Shown: positions 27,420-35,963, counted from the first letter of the stretch. The stretch is DNA of 48,178 nt from a virus (IMGVR_UViG_3300028906_000005:1-48178); one strand, 5' to 3'. Made by a program: numbers and translations. The notes: generated from the sequence alone by a model not told the origin.

Positions 27420-28715
27420 CTAAACCAGGCCCCTGATCCTTCGCCGCAGCCGCTGGCTGGAATGGCGCATCGAGGAGACCAGCGCAATGCCGACGCAGCC
27501 AGTGCGGAAGGCGTCGGCGGCGTCCTCGGCCTCGTCGGGCACCGCTTGGCCATTCTTGCCCTTGCGATAGGCGCGCAGGCGGGCGAGGCCGCGGCGGCAG
27601 GCGGTCTCGTCGAACCAGCTGACCCCAAGCACGCCGCGGGTGGCGGTGACGCCGTCCTCGGTGTTGTGGTTGGGGACGGTGAGCACCGGCTCTTTGAGGA
27701 GGTTGAACAGCTCGTGCTTACGGCTATGGCCGGTGGAGAGCTCGCGCACTTCGACGTCGTGCGGCAGGAGATGGGCGCGGTATTGGAAATGGCCGACCCT
27801 GGCCTTGAGGTGGAGCAGATCGGTGTAGTGGCTCAAGGCTTTGTCGGTTCCTTCGATATAGTCGATCCAGTGGACTTCGCGGCCCGCGAGTTGGAACAGC
27901 CACACCACCTGCAGATGCCGGATGCCCAGATCCCAGCTGGTGATGACGTCGGTGGAGAGGTCGGGGCTGACCCGGGTGACCCGGCCCGCCAGCGCCAGGG
28001 CGTTGAGGGCCTCGGCGTAATAGGCCCCCTCCACCGGCGCTTCGAAGCTGTTCAGCATCTCGCGGGCGAACTCGTCGACGCTCATGTCCTTGCGCATCGC
28101 CTCCACCTCCTCGAGGGAGAGCGCGTCGGTTCCGGTGTCGGTGATCTTGATGTCGAAAATGTCCCAGTCCGGGTCGTCCTCGGCCCTCAGCTTGAGCTTG
28201 TGGAAGTGATCGTCACCAGCGCTGGTTCCGGAAACGATCGCGAACCCTCGATAGTCAGCCAGACAGGGCCGCACGACGCTGGTGAAAGCCTGCGGGGCCA
28301 GCAGGGGATATTCATCGAGAACAGCGCCGTCGAGATAGATGCCGCGCATGCGCTCGTAAGCCAGAGCTCCCCCGTAAAGTCGGATATTGGCTCCTCCAGG
28401 GAAGACAAGGGTCAGTTCTCCTTCGAGGGGGCGGATGCCCGGAATGTTGGCGGTGTACTGTTTCAAATAACTCCAGACCAAGTCTTTGGTTTGGTCGAAA
28501 GAGGGGCCGATGTAGGCGTAGCGCGGGGGCGGGGTGAGCCGGGGATTGTTGAGGGCGGCGGTGATCAGCTCATTGGCGAGGGCGACCGTTTTCCCGGCTC
28601 GGCGGTGACAGACGGCGAATTTCCAGCGTTTCTTGGATTGGTGCAGGGGGATGAAATGACGGCGCGGCTTGTAGGGGAGAACGATCTCCCTTTCAACCTC
28701 AGCTGTTTCCGACAT
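27420..28715 (-). CDS. terL: Terminase large subunit
   Basis: HRRAGKT Walker A, AVLDE Walker B, WDLG nuclease motif, DAADAFR. Confidence 0.93.
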   Translation of the reverse strand: MSETAEVEREIVLPYKPRRHFIPLHQSKKRWKFAVCHRRAGKTVALANELITAALNNPRLTPPPRYAYIGPSFDQTKDLVWSYLKQYTANIPGIRPLEGELTLVFPGGANIRLYGGALAYERMRGIYLDGAVLDEYPLLAPQAFTSVVRPCLADYRGFAIVSGTSAGDDHFHKLKLRAEDDPDWDIFDIKITDTGTDALSLEEVEAMRKDMSVDEFAREMLNSFEAPVEGAYYAEALNALALAGRVTRVSPDLSTDVITSWDLGIRHLQVVWLFQLAGREVHWIDYIEGTDKALSHYTDLLHLKARVGHFQYRAHLLPHDVEVRELSTGHSRKHELFNLLKEPVLTVPNHNTEDGVTATRGVLGVSWFDETACRRGLARLRAYRKGKNGQAVPDEAEDAADAFRTGCVGIALVSSMRHSSQRLRRRIRGLV

Positions 28716-29226
28716 CGTCAAGGTCGTCGGCGTCGGTGCGCCAACGGAAGGTGATCTTGGTCGGCGTGACTTGGACGGTGGCGTTGGACTGGACGCTGGA
28801 AGGGGGAGCCGGAGAGAGCGGGTGACCCATCGCCAGGCGGGACTGGAGCAGTTTTGTCGAGGCCCATTCCTTGGCCCGCTGATCGGAATTGGGGTCAAAC
28901 AGAGTGTCGATGGGCACCGCGACGGCGCGATCAAGGGCGAGACCGAAGGACTCTTCGAGGATCCGGGTGAGACGAGGAGACTGGTTGACCAGACGACGGA
29001 GCCGGAATTCGGGGACCTTGAGGAGCTTGGCGGCGGCGGGAAGATTATGGCCGAGATGAATGGCGGTGGCGGCCTCGTCTTGGTCGATGGGCAGCGTGGG
29101 CGGGCGCTCGTCCCAAGGATAAAACGGCAGAGGGGCGAATTCCGCCTCCAACTCGGGGTGGGCGCCAGGGTCGACCAGGGTCAGATAGGGTTTATCGGTC
29201 ATTTTGTGTGTAATATTATACGCCAT
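28699..29226 (-). CDS. terS: Putative terminase small subunit (start 29226 or 29202)
   Basis: Directly upstream of and overlapping terL; HTH-like AAAKLLKVPEFRL; C-terminal ITFRW beta strand. Confidence 0.65.
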   Translation of the reverse strand: MAYNITHKMTDKPYLTLVDPGAHPELEAEFAPLPFYPWDERPPTLPIDQDEAATAIHLGHNLPAAAKLLKVPEFRLRRLVNQSPRLTRILEESFGLALDRAVAVPIDTLFDPNSDQRAKEWASTKLLQSRLAMGHPLSPAPPSSVQSNATVQVTPTKITFRWRTDADDLDDVGNS

Positions 29227-29229
29227 ATC

Positions 29230-29585
29230 GTGATCGGTGACACCCCCGGCCCCGGTTCCGTAAGAAAGCCTGGGGTGGGGGCTCTCACAGCGGGCTAATA
29301 GGCGCTCGAGCGGCCTACAACCATCCAAGGATGGTTGCACGACCAGCGCGCGCGCCCGGAGCGCGCGCTGTCTCGTTTGGGTCTAGACCATCCCTTAAGG
29401 CTGTCTCATAAGCCGTCAACAGAGCCTTATGAGACAATAAACTGTCTCACCCGCTCGTCTCGCCTAGCTATACCCTTGTAAGACGGTTGCACAAAGTTGT
29501 GCTGTGTCGTAAATTAACAGTTGACAGTTTGCACGTTAACACTTAGATGGAGAGCGCGCGTATCGGACGCGCGGAGAAATGCCAG
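29230..29585. promoter_or_regulatory. Divergent early/late control region rich in palindromes
   Basis: Strand switch; TGTCTCATAAG/CTTATGAGACA inverted repeat; five GTCTC sites; TTGACA at 29521. Confidence 0.6.
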
Positions 29586-30248
29586 ATGACCTACAGTATG
29601 GCCTCTGCCCAACGCGAAGCGGGGCAAGTCTCTATCCGCAACTCGAAAATGCCCGGATCCTCGTTCGCGGTCACCACCGACGCTTGCAACGTCGGTTCGA
29701 AACTCGCGAAGATTCCCGGCAGCACGTGCCACAAGTGCTACGCCATCTCGATCGAGAAGCGTTACCCCTCCGCGCATATGGGCTGGTCGAACAACTACCT
29801 CAAAGCCACCCGCATGATCGAGGAGCGCCCCGAGCAATGGGCGCAAGCCATGGCGTTCCAAATCCATCGCATGGTGGAAAAAACCAGTGAGCCTTACCAT
29901 CGCTGGTTTGATGGTGGCGATCTGGCGTCATTGGCGATGCTCAAGGCGATCGTGCGGGTGTGCGAACTCACCCCGACCATCAAACACTGGCTGCCCACGC
30001 GCGAAGCCGCGGTGGTGAAGGCGTTCATGCAGGAGCGCGCCTTCCCCGCCAACCTGATCGTAAGAGTTTCGAGCACCATGATCGACGATGCGCCGATCGC
30101 CGGACATGCGCATACCAGCACGGTTCACACCAAGGCCGTGACCCCTACAGGCGCGATCTGTGAAGCACGGTCCAGAGGCAACATTTGTGGCCCCTGCAGG
30201 GCCTGTTGGCGTTCTGAAGTGAAGAACATTTCTTATCCTCTTCACTAA
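29586..30248 (+). CDS. GP88-like Cys-rich (radical-SAM-like) phage protein
   Basis: SKMPG...CNVGSKL...CHKCYA, HRWFDGGDL, HWLPTRE, C-terminal CGPCRACW. Confidence 0.75.
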   Translation: MTYSMASAQREAGQVSIRNSKMPGSSFAVTTDACNVGSKLAKIPGSTCHKCYAISIEKRYPSAHMGWSNNYLKATRMIEERPEQWAQAMAFQIHRMVEKTSEPYHRWFDGGDLASLAMLKAIVRVCELTPTIKHWLPTREAAVVKAFMQERAFPANLIVRVSSTMIDDAPIAGHAHTSTVHTKAVTPTGAICEARSRGNICGPCRACWRSEVKNISYPLH

Positions 30249-30254
30249 AACCAC

Positions 30255-30283
30255 AAAGGCCGCCTCGAGGCAGCCTTTCTCTT
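30255..30283 (+). terminator. Probable terminator after GP88-like gene
   Basis: AAAGGC-C-GCC TCGA GGC-A-GCCTTT followed by CTCTT. Confidence 0.55.
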
Positions 30284-30387
30284 GGGGGGCGCGGTCGAAG
30301 GGCTCGGCGCCACTCGCCCTTCCCCTGCCAGTTCGGGCCTCCGGGCCCAGGCTGAACCTTCCCAATTGTTCACCGTCAACCCCAGAG

Positions 30388-30552
30388 TTTCCGCCATTAT
30401 CCCTAAATTCCGGCAGGCAAAGCTTTACTAAGAAGCTTGCGGAGCAAAAATTATGGCCAAAAAGTGGCTAAGATATATCGTTTACACTGTCTTCCCGCGC
30501 CCCTGCGCACGCGATTGCTTTGCCCTCTGGAATTTAGGGGTAATCATGGAAA
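30388..30552. repeat. Long imperfect inverted repeat in AT-rich intergenic region
   Basis: 30396-30423 versus reverse complement of 30517-30544: 24 of 28 identical; extends with TTTCC/GGAAA. Confidence 0.85.
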
Positions 30553-30634
30553 TGGAGTGGAGTTGATTTGACAACCCTTGACAACTGGTCTTACGGTAAA
30601 TTGTCGTAACCCAAACCTATGAGGTATTCTCCTT

Positions 30635-31276
30635 ATGAGCGATTTTGACCCCTTGAAAGCTCTGGCCGAAGGCCGCTCCACCGAAACGGCGACGCCTGTG
30701 CGCCGCCTCTCCTTTCCCGACCAATGCGGCCTCTTTGCCGCGCGCCAAACCGCCCAACGCAGCGTGCTCGCCGCCGCTTTCGGCGTCACCAAAACCACCG
30801 TGTCGCTGATCGCCAATTGTCAAAAAGACCGCGCCCGCTACGGCGCCATCGCCCGCGAAGTCGCCCGCCTCGGCGAACTCGAATTCGCCCGCCGCTACTA
30901 CACCGAAGACATGCACACCCGAATCATGCGGCTAAAGCACGAACGCGCCGAAGTCGGCGACGATCGCCGCCCGCTTGGGCCGACCCCGCTCGCCAGCAAG
31001 TTCGCGCACGCTCGTATCGCGTCCTTCCTCGCCCCCGATTACGCCGACCGGCCGACCTGGTTCCGGATCGATTGGATCAACAACGGCTGGCGCTTCGCCA
31101 CTTGCGATCCCGACGGATCCAATCCCTCCGAATATTACGGCCCTCACTTCGTCAATCCGGAGCTTGACCCTGAGATCGGCTTCCGCACTTCAGCCGAAGC
31201 CTACGACATGGCTTGGGAAAGCGTCGGCAAAAAAAGCCCGCGGCCCAAGGCTGGCCGCCCGAAAAATCATCCTTGA
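30635..31276 (+). CDS. HTH-containing protein, paralogue of 33985..34350
   Basis: GAGG RBS; VLAAAFGVTKTTVSLI. Confidence 0.7.
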   Translation: MSDFDPLKALAEGRSTETATPVRRLSFPDQCGLFAARQTAQRSVLAAAFGVTKTTVSLIANCQKDRARYGAIAREVARLGELEFARRYYTEDMHTRIMRLKHERAEVGDDRRPLGPTPLASKFAHARIASFLAPDYADRPTWFRIDWINNGWRFATCDPDGSNPSEYYGPHFVNPELDPEIGFRTSAEAYDMAWESVGKKSPRPKAGRPKNHP

Positions 31277-31307
31277 CAAAGACGTAATCGCCCAATAAGT
31301 AGTCCTT
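31272..31307 (+). promoter_or_regulatory. Putative sigma70-type early promoter
   Basis: CTTGACAA-N9-CGCCCA-N7-GTCCTT, shared with 43333..43369. Confidence 0.6.
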
Positions 31308-31323
31308 AGCACCATGAAAGGAA

Positions 31324-31626
31324 ATGCCAATGCTCTCCCCCGCCGCTAAAGCCGCGCTGATCCAATGCTACGCCGCGCGCGGCCCTCATAAGGGCCAATT
31401 GCTCGCCCGCTGCCCGAACTCGCGCTCCCTCGCCGCCGCCGCTTGGCAAGGCGCGATGATGGTCTGCAATCCTTATCGCGTCTCCATCGGCGCCCTGCTG
31501 TTCATGACCGAGGAACAACGCGCCGTGCGGGAAGAAATCACCGCCCATTTCGAGCGCCTGCCCAAGGATCACTTGATCCTGGCCGAGCGCAACCGCGAAG
31601 CCCTCGAAAGTCTGGGAGTTTGGTAA
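31324..31626 (+). CDS. Hypothetical protein
   Basis: AAGGA RBS; start 31324 or 31330. Confidence 0.75.
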   Translation: MPMLSPAAKAALIQCYAARGPHKGQLLARCPNSRSLAAAAWQGAMMVCNPYRVSIGALLFMTEEQRAVREEITAHFERLPKDHLILAERNREALESLGVW

Positions 31627-31806
31627 ATGATGACCGACAATTCTATCGAGGCGCTGATTCAAAGCGCCAAACAACATGGACTCGACTCTGAGCCCGATCA
31701 CGAAGTGGGCGATCTGCAACAGCTTATTCGCTTGGCCTGGGGAATCATGACCGATCTTCAGCGCGACGATTGGTTGGCCGAGGCGCAAGCTTGGAGATGG
31801 GAATGA
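31627..31806 (+). CDS. Hypothetical protein (59 aa), not in ORF track
   Basis: MMTDNSIEALIQSAKQHGLDSEPDHEVGDLQQLIRLAW...; GGAG RBS. Confidence 0.7.
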   Translation: MMTDNSIEALIQSAKQHGLDSEPDHEVGDLQQLIRLAWGIMTDLQRDDWLAEAQAWRWE

Positions 31807-31841
31807 CCGACCTCAAAGCGTCGAAGCCTGGGAGTTTGGTG

Positions 31842-32099
31842 ATGAAAGATCATCGCGCCACCGGCGCCGCGGCCATGAGCCTCGCCGCCTCCTACGCCTA
31901 TTATTTCGGCAACCGCGCGCCCTTCATGGAATGGTGGAGGCAGATCAACGACGCCTTGGAGGACCAAGGCCGCGACGGCATCCTCTACGGCGCCGCGCGC
32001 GCAGGGTGGCTCGAAGGCTTGACTATTGACCAGGCGGTCAAGCGCCAGCTCGAGAACCTCGACTCGAGCCAGGAAGAGCGGAGTTATTACGATGTCTAA
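31842..32099 (+). CDS. Hypothetical protein ending ENLDSSQEERSYYDV
   Basis: GGAG RBS before ATG 31842 (alternative start 31803). Confidence 0.7.
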   Translation: MKDHRATGAAAMSLAASYAYYFGNRAPFMEWWRQINDALEDQGRDGILYGAARAGWLEGLTIDQAVKRQLENLDSSQEERSYYDV

Positions 32100-32298
32100 T
32101 AGTTCTTCGCGCGCTATGGCGCAGATTCAAATCAAAGAGACCGCGCTTACGTTGATCGAAGAGCGCGGTTTCGCCAACGCCCGCGCCTGGGCCATTCACT
32201 GCGCCAACCGGACCACCGATGGGTTCTGGTCGCGCGTCGTGGCCGCGATCGAGAACCTCGAATCCTCGCAAGAGGAGCGTTCCTACTACGACGTCTAG
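32092..32298 (+). CDS. Hypothetical protein ending ENLESSQEERSYYDV
   Basis: GGAG RBS within the upstream gene tail; shared C-terminus. Confidence 0.7.
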   Translation: MSNSSSRAMAQIQIKETALTLIEERGFANARAWAIHCANRTTDGFWSRVVAAIENLESSQEERSYYDV

Positions 32299-32380
32299 GA
32301 AGGAGGTGAGGCAGTCTAGACCGGCGGACCCACATTCGCCGGTCTATGCGACATCATCGTCGAAAGGAAAGGCCAGCACT

Positions 32381-32584
32381 ATGAGCAGATTTGTCATCAC
32401 CATCCGTGAAACCACGGATCATCAAATTGTCATTGAGGCCGACACACAAACCAAGGCGCGGCGTAAGGCCGAGCGCGTATGGCGCGAATTCGACGATAGC
32501 TCTTTCGAGCAATCGATTGGTCCGCGCCAGATGTTTTGCCGTCCCGCCATACGCCCTGAAGACGAGAAGCTTCAATGCCGATGA
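32381..32584 (+). CDS. Hypothetical protein (67 aa)
   Basis: AAGGA upstream; FVITIRET..IVIEADT..KA pattern; preceded by hairpin 32317-32346. Confidence 0.65.
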   Translation: MSRFVITIRETTDHQIVIEADTQTKARRKAERVWREFDDSSFEQSIGPRQMFCRPAIRPEDEKLQCR

Positions 32585-32796
32585 CCACCCGCAACGAAAC
32601 TTGTGTCGACGATCTGCTCGACCGCACCGACTGGACGCTCTTGGTCAGGCAGAAATCCAGCCTCTTGGCTGCGATGGTCTATGCCGAGCAGCTGAAGCGC
32701 CCGCACACTTTGAAGGATCTCCAGGCGCTTTACGATTGGCTGGATGATCTCGGCGACGCCGCTAAGAGCGATGGCCATCCGGTGGTGAGGGCGTGA
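32575..32796 (+). CDS. Hypothetical protein
   Basis: Coupled ORF. Confidence 0.65.
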   Translation: MPMTTRNETCVDDLLDRTDWTLLVRQKSSLLAAMVYAEQLKRPHTLKDLQALYDWLDDLGDAAKSDGHPVVRA

Positions 32797-33113
32797 TGAC
32801 CACCTGGATCGCCCTCAGCCCGCGCTTTTGCGCCGCCGATCTCGGGTTGTTGTGGGACATCCTCACGCCCGAGGACAAGCGCCCGGTCAAAGACCAGCTC
32901 AACGACCGTTACGCCCACGGCGGCGGCTATCGCCCCTTCACCGGGTTTAAGCTCGACCGCATGACGATGACCCTGCGCTACCCCGGCGATCCATTGTTCA
33001 AGCCCGCGGCGATGACCACGATCGGCGACGAGACGGTCTTTTTCTACCCCTCAGGGGCCTGGCTCCTGATCCTGCAGCCCAATGGCGATTACGAAGTGAC
33101 GCGAGTCGATTGA
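32793..33113 (+). CDS. Hypothetical protein (106 aa)
   Basis: Coupled ORF; YAHGGGY...YPGDP. Confidence 0.75.
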   Translation: MMTTWIALSPRFCAADLGLLWDILTPEDKRPVKDQLNDRYAHGGGYRPFTGFKLDRMTMTLRYPGDPLFKPAAMTTIGDETVFFYPSGAWLLILQPNGDYEVTRVD

Positions 33114-33310
33114 TGAAAGTCACCTCCGCCGACATCGCCGAATCGGTCGTCAAGACCTGCAACGACATCGCCATCGCCATGCAGACCTACGTTCGCTGCC
33201 CCGTCGGCGGCCGGGTGCGCCAGGATCTCATGCTCAGCGTCGACGCGCTGCATGAACGCCTCGGCCATCTGCTCGCCTGCCTAGCGCGCAAATACACGGA
33301 GGAACGATGA
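33110..33310 (+). CDS. Hypothetical protein
   Basis: Coupled ORF. Confidence 0.6.
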   Translation: MMKVTSADIAESVVKTCNDIAIAMQTYVRCPVGGRVRQDLMLSVDALHERLGHLLACLARKYTEER

Positions 33311-33492
33311 TGGTTGAACCGACCTTGGAGTTTCTTGGCCACAACGTCCGGATGATTCAACTCGATCAGCGGCGCATTCGTGATGAACTTTCCACGGTTC
33401 GCGCCAAACTCGACATCCTCAGCGACAAGTTCGATTTGCTGATGGACGCCTTCGCCAGCTTGGAAGCTCTGGTGAGGGAGCGGATCAAATGA
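33307..33492 (+). CDS. Small coiled-coil protein
   Basis: GGAGG RBS; heptad pattern. Confidence 0.65.
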   Translation: MMVEPTLEFLGHNVRMIQLDQRRIRDELSTVRAKLDILSDKFDLLMDAFASLEALVRERIK

Positions 33493-33578
33493 AGCTCGAT
33501 CCGCTCCTCGTCCTCGCCCTCCTGTTCGCCGTCGCTTACGGCGGCCAGATCCTCATCGCCCTTTTGGAGTTAAAATAA
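33489..33578 (+). CDS. Tiny membrane peptide (29 aa)
   Basis: MKLDPLLVLALLFAVAYGGQILIALLELK; ATGA and TAATG coupling at the two ends. Confidence 0.6.
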   Translation: MKLDPLLVLALLFAVAYGGQILIALLELK

Positions 33579-33805
33579 TGGGCAACCATTGGCAGCGCCA
33601 GCACGGCGCCGCTCGCCGCCTCATCGATCGCCAGCTCCTAGCCGAATGCGAGGCGGCTATCGCCCTCGAGGAAGCCGGAGGCGCTCCGACAGCCAAAAAC
33701 CAAACACCCCCCTCAGCGGCCTCCGCTGAGGCTCCTGCAGTCCTCTCGTTTCTGGACGAAGAGCGCCAGCGGATCGCCCGCGCTTTCGGACGGCCGATTA
33801 AATGA
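33578..33805 (+). CDS. Hypothetical protein
   Basis: GGAG RBS; coupled. Confidence 0.6.
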   Translation: MGNHWQRQHGAARRLIDRQLLAECEAAIALEEAGGAPTAKNQTPPSAASAEAPAVLSFLDEERQRIARAFGRPIK

Positions 33806-33848
33806 GTTCTAACCGTGTTCAGAGCGCGAAGTCCGCCCCGGAGGCAGA

Positions 33849-33980
33849 ATGACCCTGGACAAAATCCTCGCCGCCTTGGTGCGCGCGGCAGAATGGCAAT
33901 TGATGCGCCGCTCTCCGACCTGGGCGCTTATCGGAATCGTGTTGGGCGCGGTCGCGCTGGCTCTGCTAAAGGGACACTAG
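33849..33980 (+). CDS. Small membrane protein (43 aa)
   Basis: GGAGG RBS; MTLDKIL...WALIGIVLGAVALALLKGH. Confidence 0.6.
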   Translation: MTLDKILAALVRAAEWQLMRRSPTWALIGIVLGAVALALLKGH

Positions 33981-33984
33981 GACA

Positions 33985-34350
33985 GTGAACTTGGACGAAT
34001 CGATGTTTGATCCCGCCATGATCGCCCGCTCGCGCCGCAAGGTGCGGGCGTTGAGCTTCGACGAGCGCGTCGCCATCCGCTTGATGTGGCACGAGGGCAA
34101 GGGCGTGCCCGGGCCGGTGCTGGCGCGGGCGTTTCGCTGCAGCAAAAACACGATTTATTATCGATCCCTGACCGGCCGCGCCGATTCGTATCCGACCACC
34201 GGGACCGACGTCGATCAGGTCGAGGCCGAGATCGCCCGCCTTGGGATCGAAGAGGCCTCGCGCCTCTACATCACCGAAGAGATCCAGGCCAAGGTCAAGG
34301 CCGAGCTCGCGCGCACTGCGCGCCGCAAGCAGCGGCGGATTCCCAGATGA
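33985..34350 (+). CDS. HTH-containing protein, paralogue of 30635..31276
   Basis: VLARAFRCSKNTIYY; EIARLG. Confidence 0.7.
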   Translation: MNLDESMFDPAMIARSRRKVRALSFDERVAIRLMWHEGKGVPGPVLARAFRCSKNTIYYRSLTGRADSYPTTGTDVDQVEAEIARLGIEEASRLYITEEIQAKVKAELARTARRKQRRIPR

Positions 34351-34477
34351 GGCGATCTGTGATTCACCCTCTCGATGACTCGAGAGCAAGTCGAACGCCG
34401 CAACGAAGCCATTAGGCGGGCTTGGGACGACCCTCTGAGGCGGGCGGTGATGAGAAGGCTCAAACAGGAGCAGGTGT

Positions 34478-34777
34478 ATGCCAGACACGATGCGCGAGGG
34501 CCCGACGGGCGCTTTAGAGGAAAGCGTGACCTTCGTCTTGAAGATGACCGACAACGCCGCTCGGCAGGGGGCGCTGAGCTTATGGACGATATACAATAAA
34601 CCAGTGGATTATCCCCACGGGATCATTGCCCGGAGGCATCTCATACCCGGCGGCCCGACCGAGTGCATGCTGATCGCGCCGCTCGAGGATCTGCGTGAGA
34701 TCTTTCACGCCGCGGGTCTGGTGTGCGTGGTGCGGTCGGACAATGACGACGTCAAAATCGTGGAGACGTGGATTTAG
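34478..34777 (+). CDS. Hypothetical protein (99 aa)
   Basis: GGAG RBS; WTIYNKPVDYP...IVETWI. Confidence 0.7.
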   Translation: MPDTMREGPTGALEESVTFVLKMTDNAARQGALSLWTIYNKPVDYPHGIIARRHLIPGGPTECMLIAPLEDLREIFHAAGLVCVVRSDNDDVKIVETWI

Positions 34778-34780
34778 TCA

Positions 34781-35206
34781 ATGCGGATGTTGGATGATTT
34801 CCCAGACTTTGAATGGCTGGGGCAGCACATCCTCGGCGGCGAGGACGGGCGCACGCCGATCCCCTGCTATTCGCTCACCGAGTGGGGCCGATGGTTGGAG
34901 GAGGATCATCATCGGAGCCTCTGGTGGACCGGCAACGCGACCAAGTGGGTCTCGACTGTTTTTCTCGGGCTTGATCACCGCCACTGGGGCGGCGGCCCGC
35001 CGCTCCTGTTTGAGACCATGGCCTTCCAGCATGAGGGCCGGACGATGGATTTCTTCGGTGACGTTCGACCTGTCCCGGAGACGCTCGATCAAGTCCGCTA
35101 TTCGTCCTGGGACGATGCTGAGATCGGTCATAAAGCCCTTGTGCGCAAATATTTGGTCAATTCCAAAAAGAGAGGAAAAAGCCATGAAAACAATTCTCGA
35201 GCTTAA
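34781..35206 (+). CDS. Hypothetical protein
   Basis: VSTVFLGLDH...PLLFETM...RYSSWDDAEIGH, a motif set familiar from phage hypotheticals. Confidence 0.75.
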   Translation: MRMLDDFPDFEWLGQHILGGEDGRTPIPCYSLTEWGRWLEEDHHRSLWWTGNATKWVSTVFLGLDHRHWGGGPPLLFETMAFQHEGRTMDFFGDVRPVPETLDQVRYSSWDDAEIGHKALVRKYLVNSKKRGKSHENNSRA

Positions 35207-35438
35207 CCGTCCGGTGAAGACCCTCAAGCCGCGCGAGGTGACCATCACTGAGCTCAAGGCCGAAATCAAAGACCTTCGCAGGATCATAGGCAGGCTCAAC
35301 CGCGAATTGAGCGCCGAACGGGCGCACGTGCGGGACACGATGGCGATCATGCGCGAGATGGCGATCCCCGTCCGGATGCCGCGACAAGATTGTTGCACCT
35401 GCACGCCGACGCGCGCGGATTTCATATACGGCCCATGA
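35184..35438 (+). CDS. Coiled-coil protein with C-terminal CxCxPxRxD
   Basis: GAGGA RBS; similar to 42794..43300. Confidence 0.7.
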   Translation: MKTILELNRPVKTLKPREVTITELKAEIKDLRRIIGRLNRELSAERAHVRDTMAIMREMAIPVRMPRQDCCTCTPTRADFIYGP

Positions 35439-35926
35439 CTCCACGCGAGGCAGGCGCGATCGAACTCGAAGAGCCGGATTGGTCAGCGCGGTTTGAAGAG
35501 CATTGCGCCCGCTGGCCGCGCCTGCCGCGGTGGCTTGCCGAGGATAACGCGTTCGAAGCCACTATGCGCGAGTGGAGGAAATTTCATTTCACTTGGATAG
35601 AGGTCCAAGGGAAGCCCAAACGCAGCCCAGCGGGCGCGACGGAAGCGATCATCGCCCTCGCCAAGCTCAAGATTTTTCCCCCGCGATTTCTGCACAAGGA
35701 TGTGCCCCGCGACGAGTCGGGCGGCTATCAGGCAGACGATCATATGTGGCTCTCCGTCAATCAGGAGCAGTGGCGAATCACCGGCGTCGAGGACAAAATG
35801 CTGTGCCTCGAAAAGGGCTTCGAGGATAAGCCGGAGACCCTGCAGATCGACCTCAGCAAAGCGCGTTGGAATAAATACGTCGCTGCTGCGGTAATGGTGC
35901 TTGACATGTTGCAAGGACAGGAATAG
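35435..35926 (+). CDS. Hypothetical protein
   Basis: ATGA coupling. Confidence 0.7.
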   Translation: MTPREAGAIELEEPDWSARFEEHCARWPRLPRWLAEDNAFEATMREWRKFHFTWIEVQGKPKRSPAGATEAIIALAKLKIFPPRFLHKDVPRDESGGYQADDHMWLSVNQEQWRITGVEDKMLCLEKGFEDKPETLQIDLSKARWNKYVAAAVMVLDMLQGQE

Positions 35927-35963
35927 GGGCGATTAGCTACAGCTAGGAAAGGAGGTGAAATAT

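Noticed and set aside
30285-30365. tRNA-like structure
   Set aside because: Hairpins are present but no cloverleaf, T-loop consensus or acceptor stem could be built.
34375-34599. 74-aa ORF
   Set aside because: It overlaps the better supported 34478..34777 by over 120 nt and has no clear RBS; possible but not supportable.
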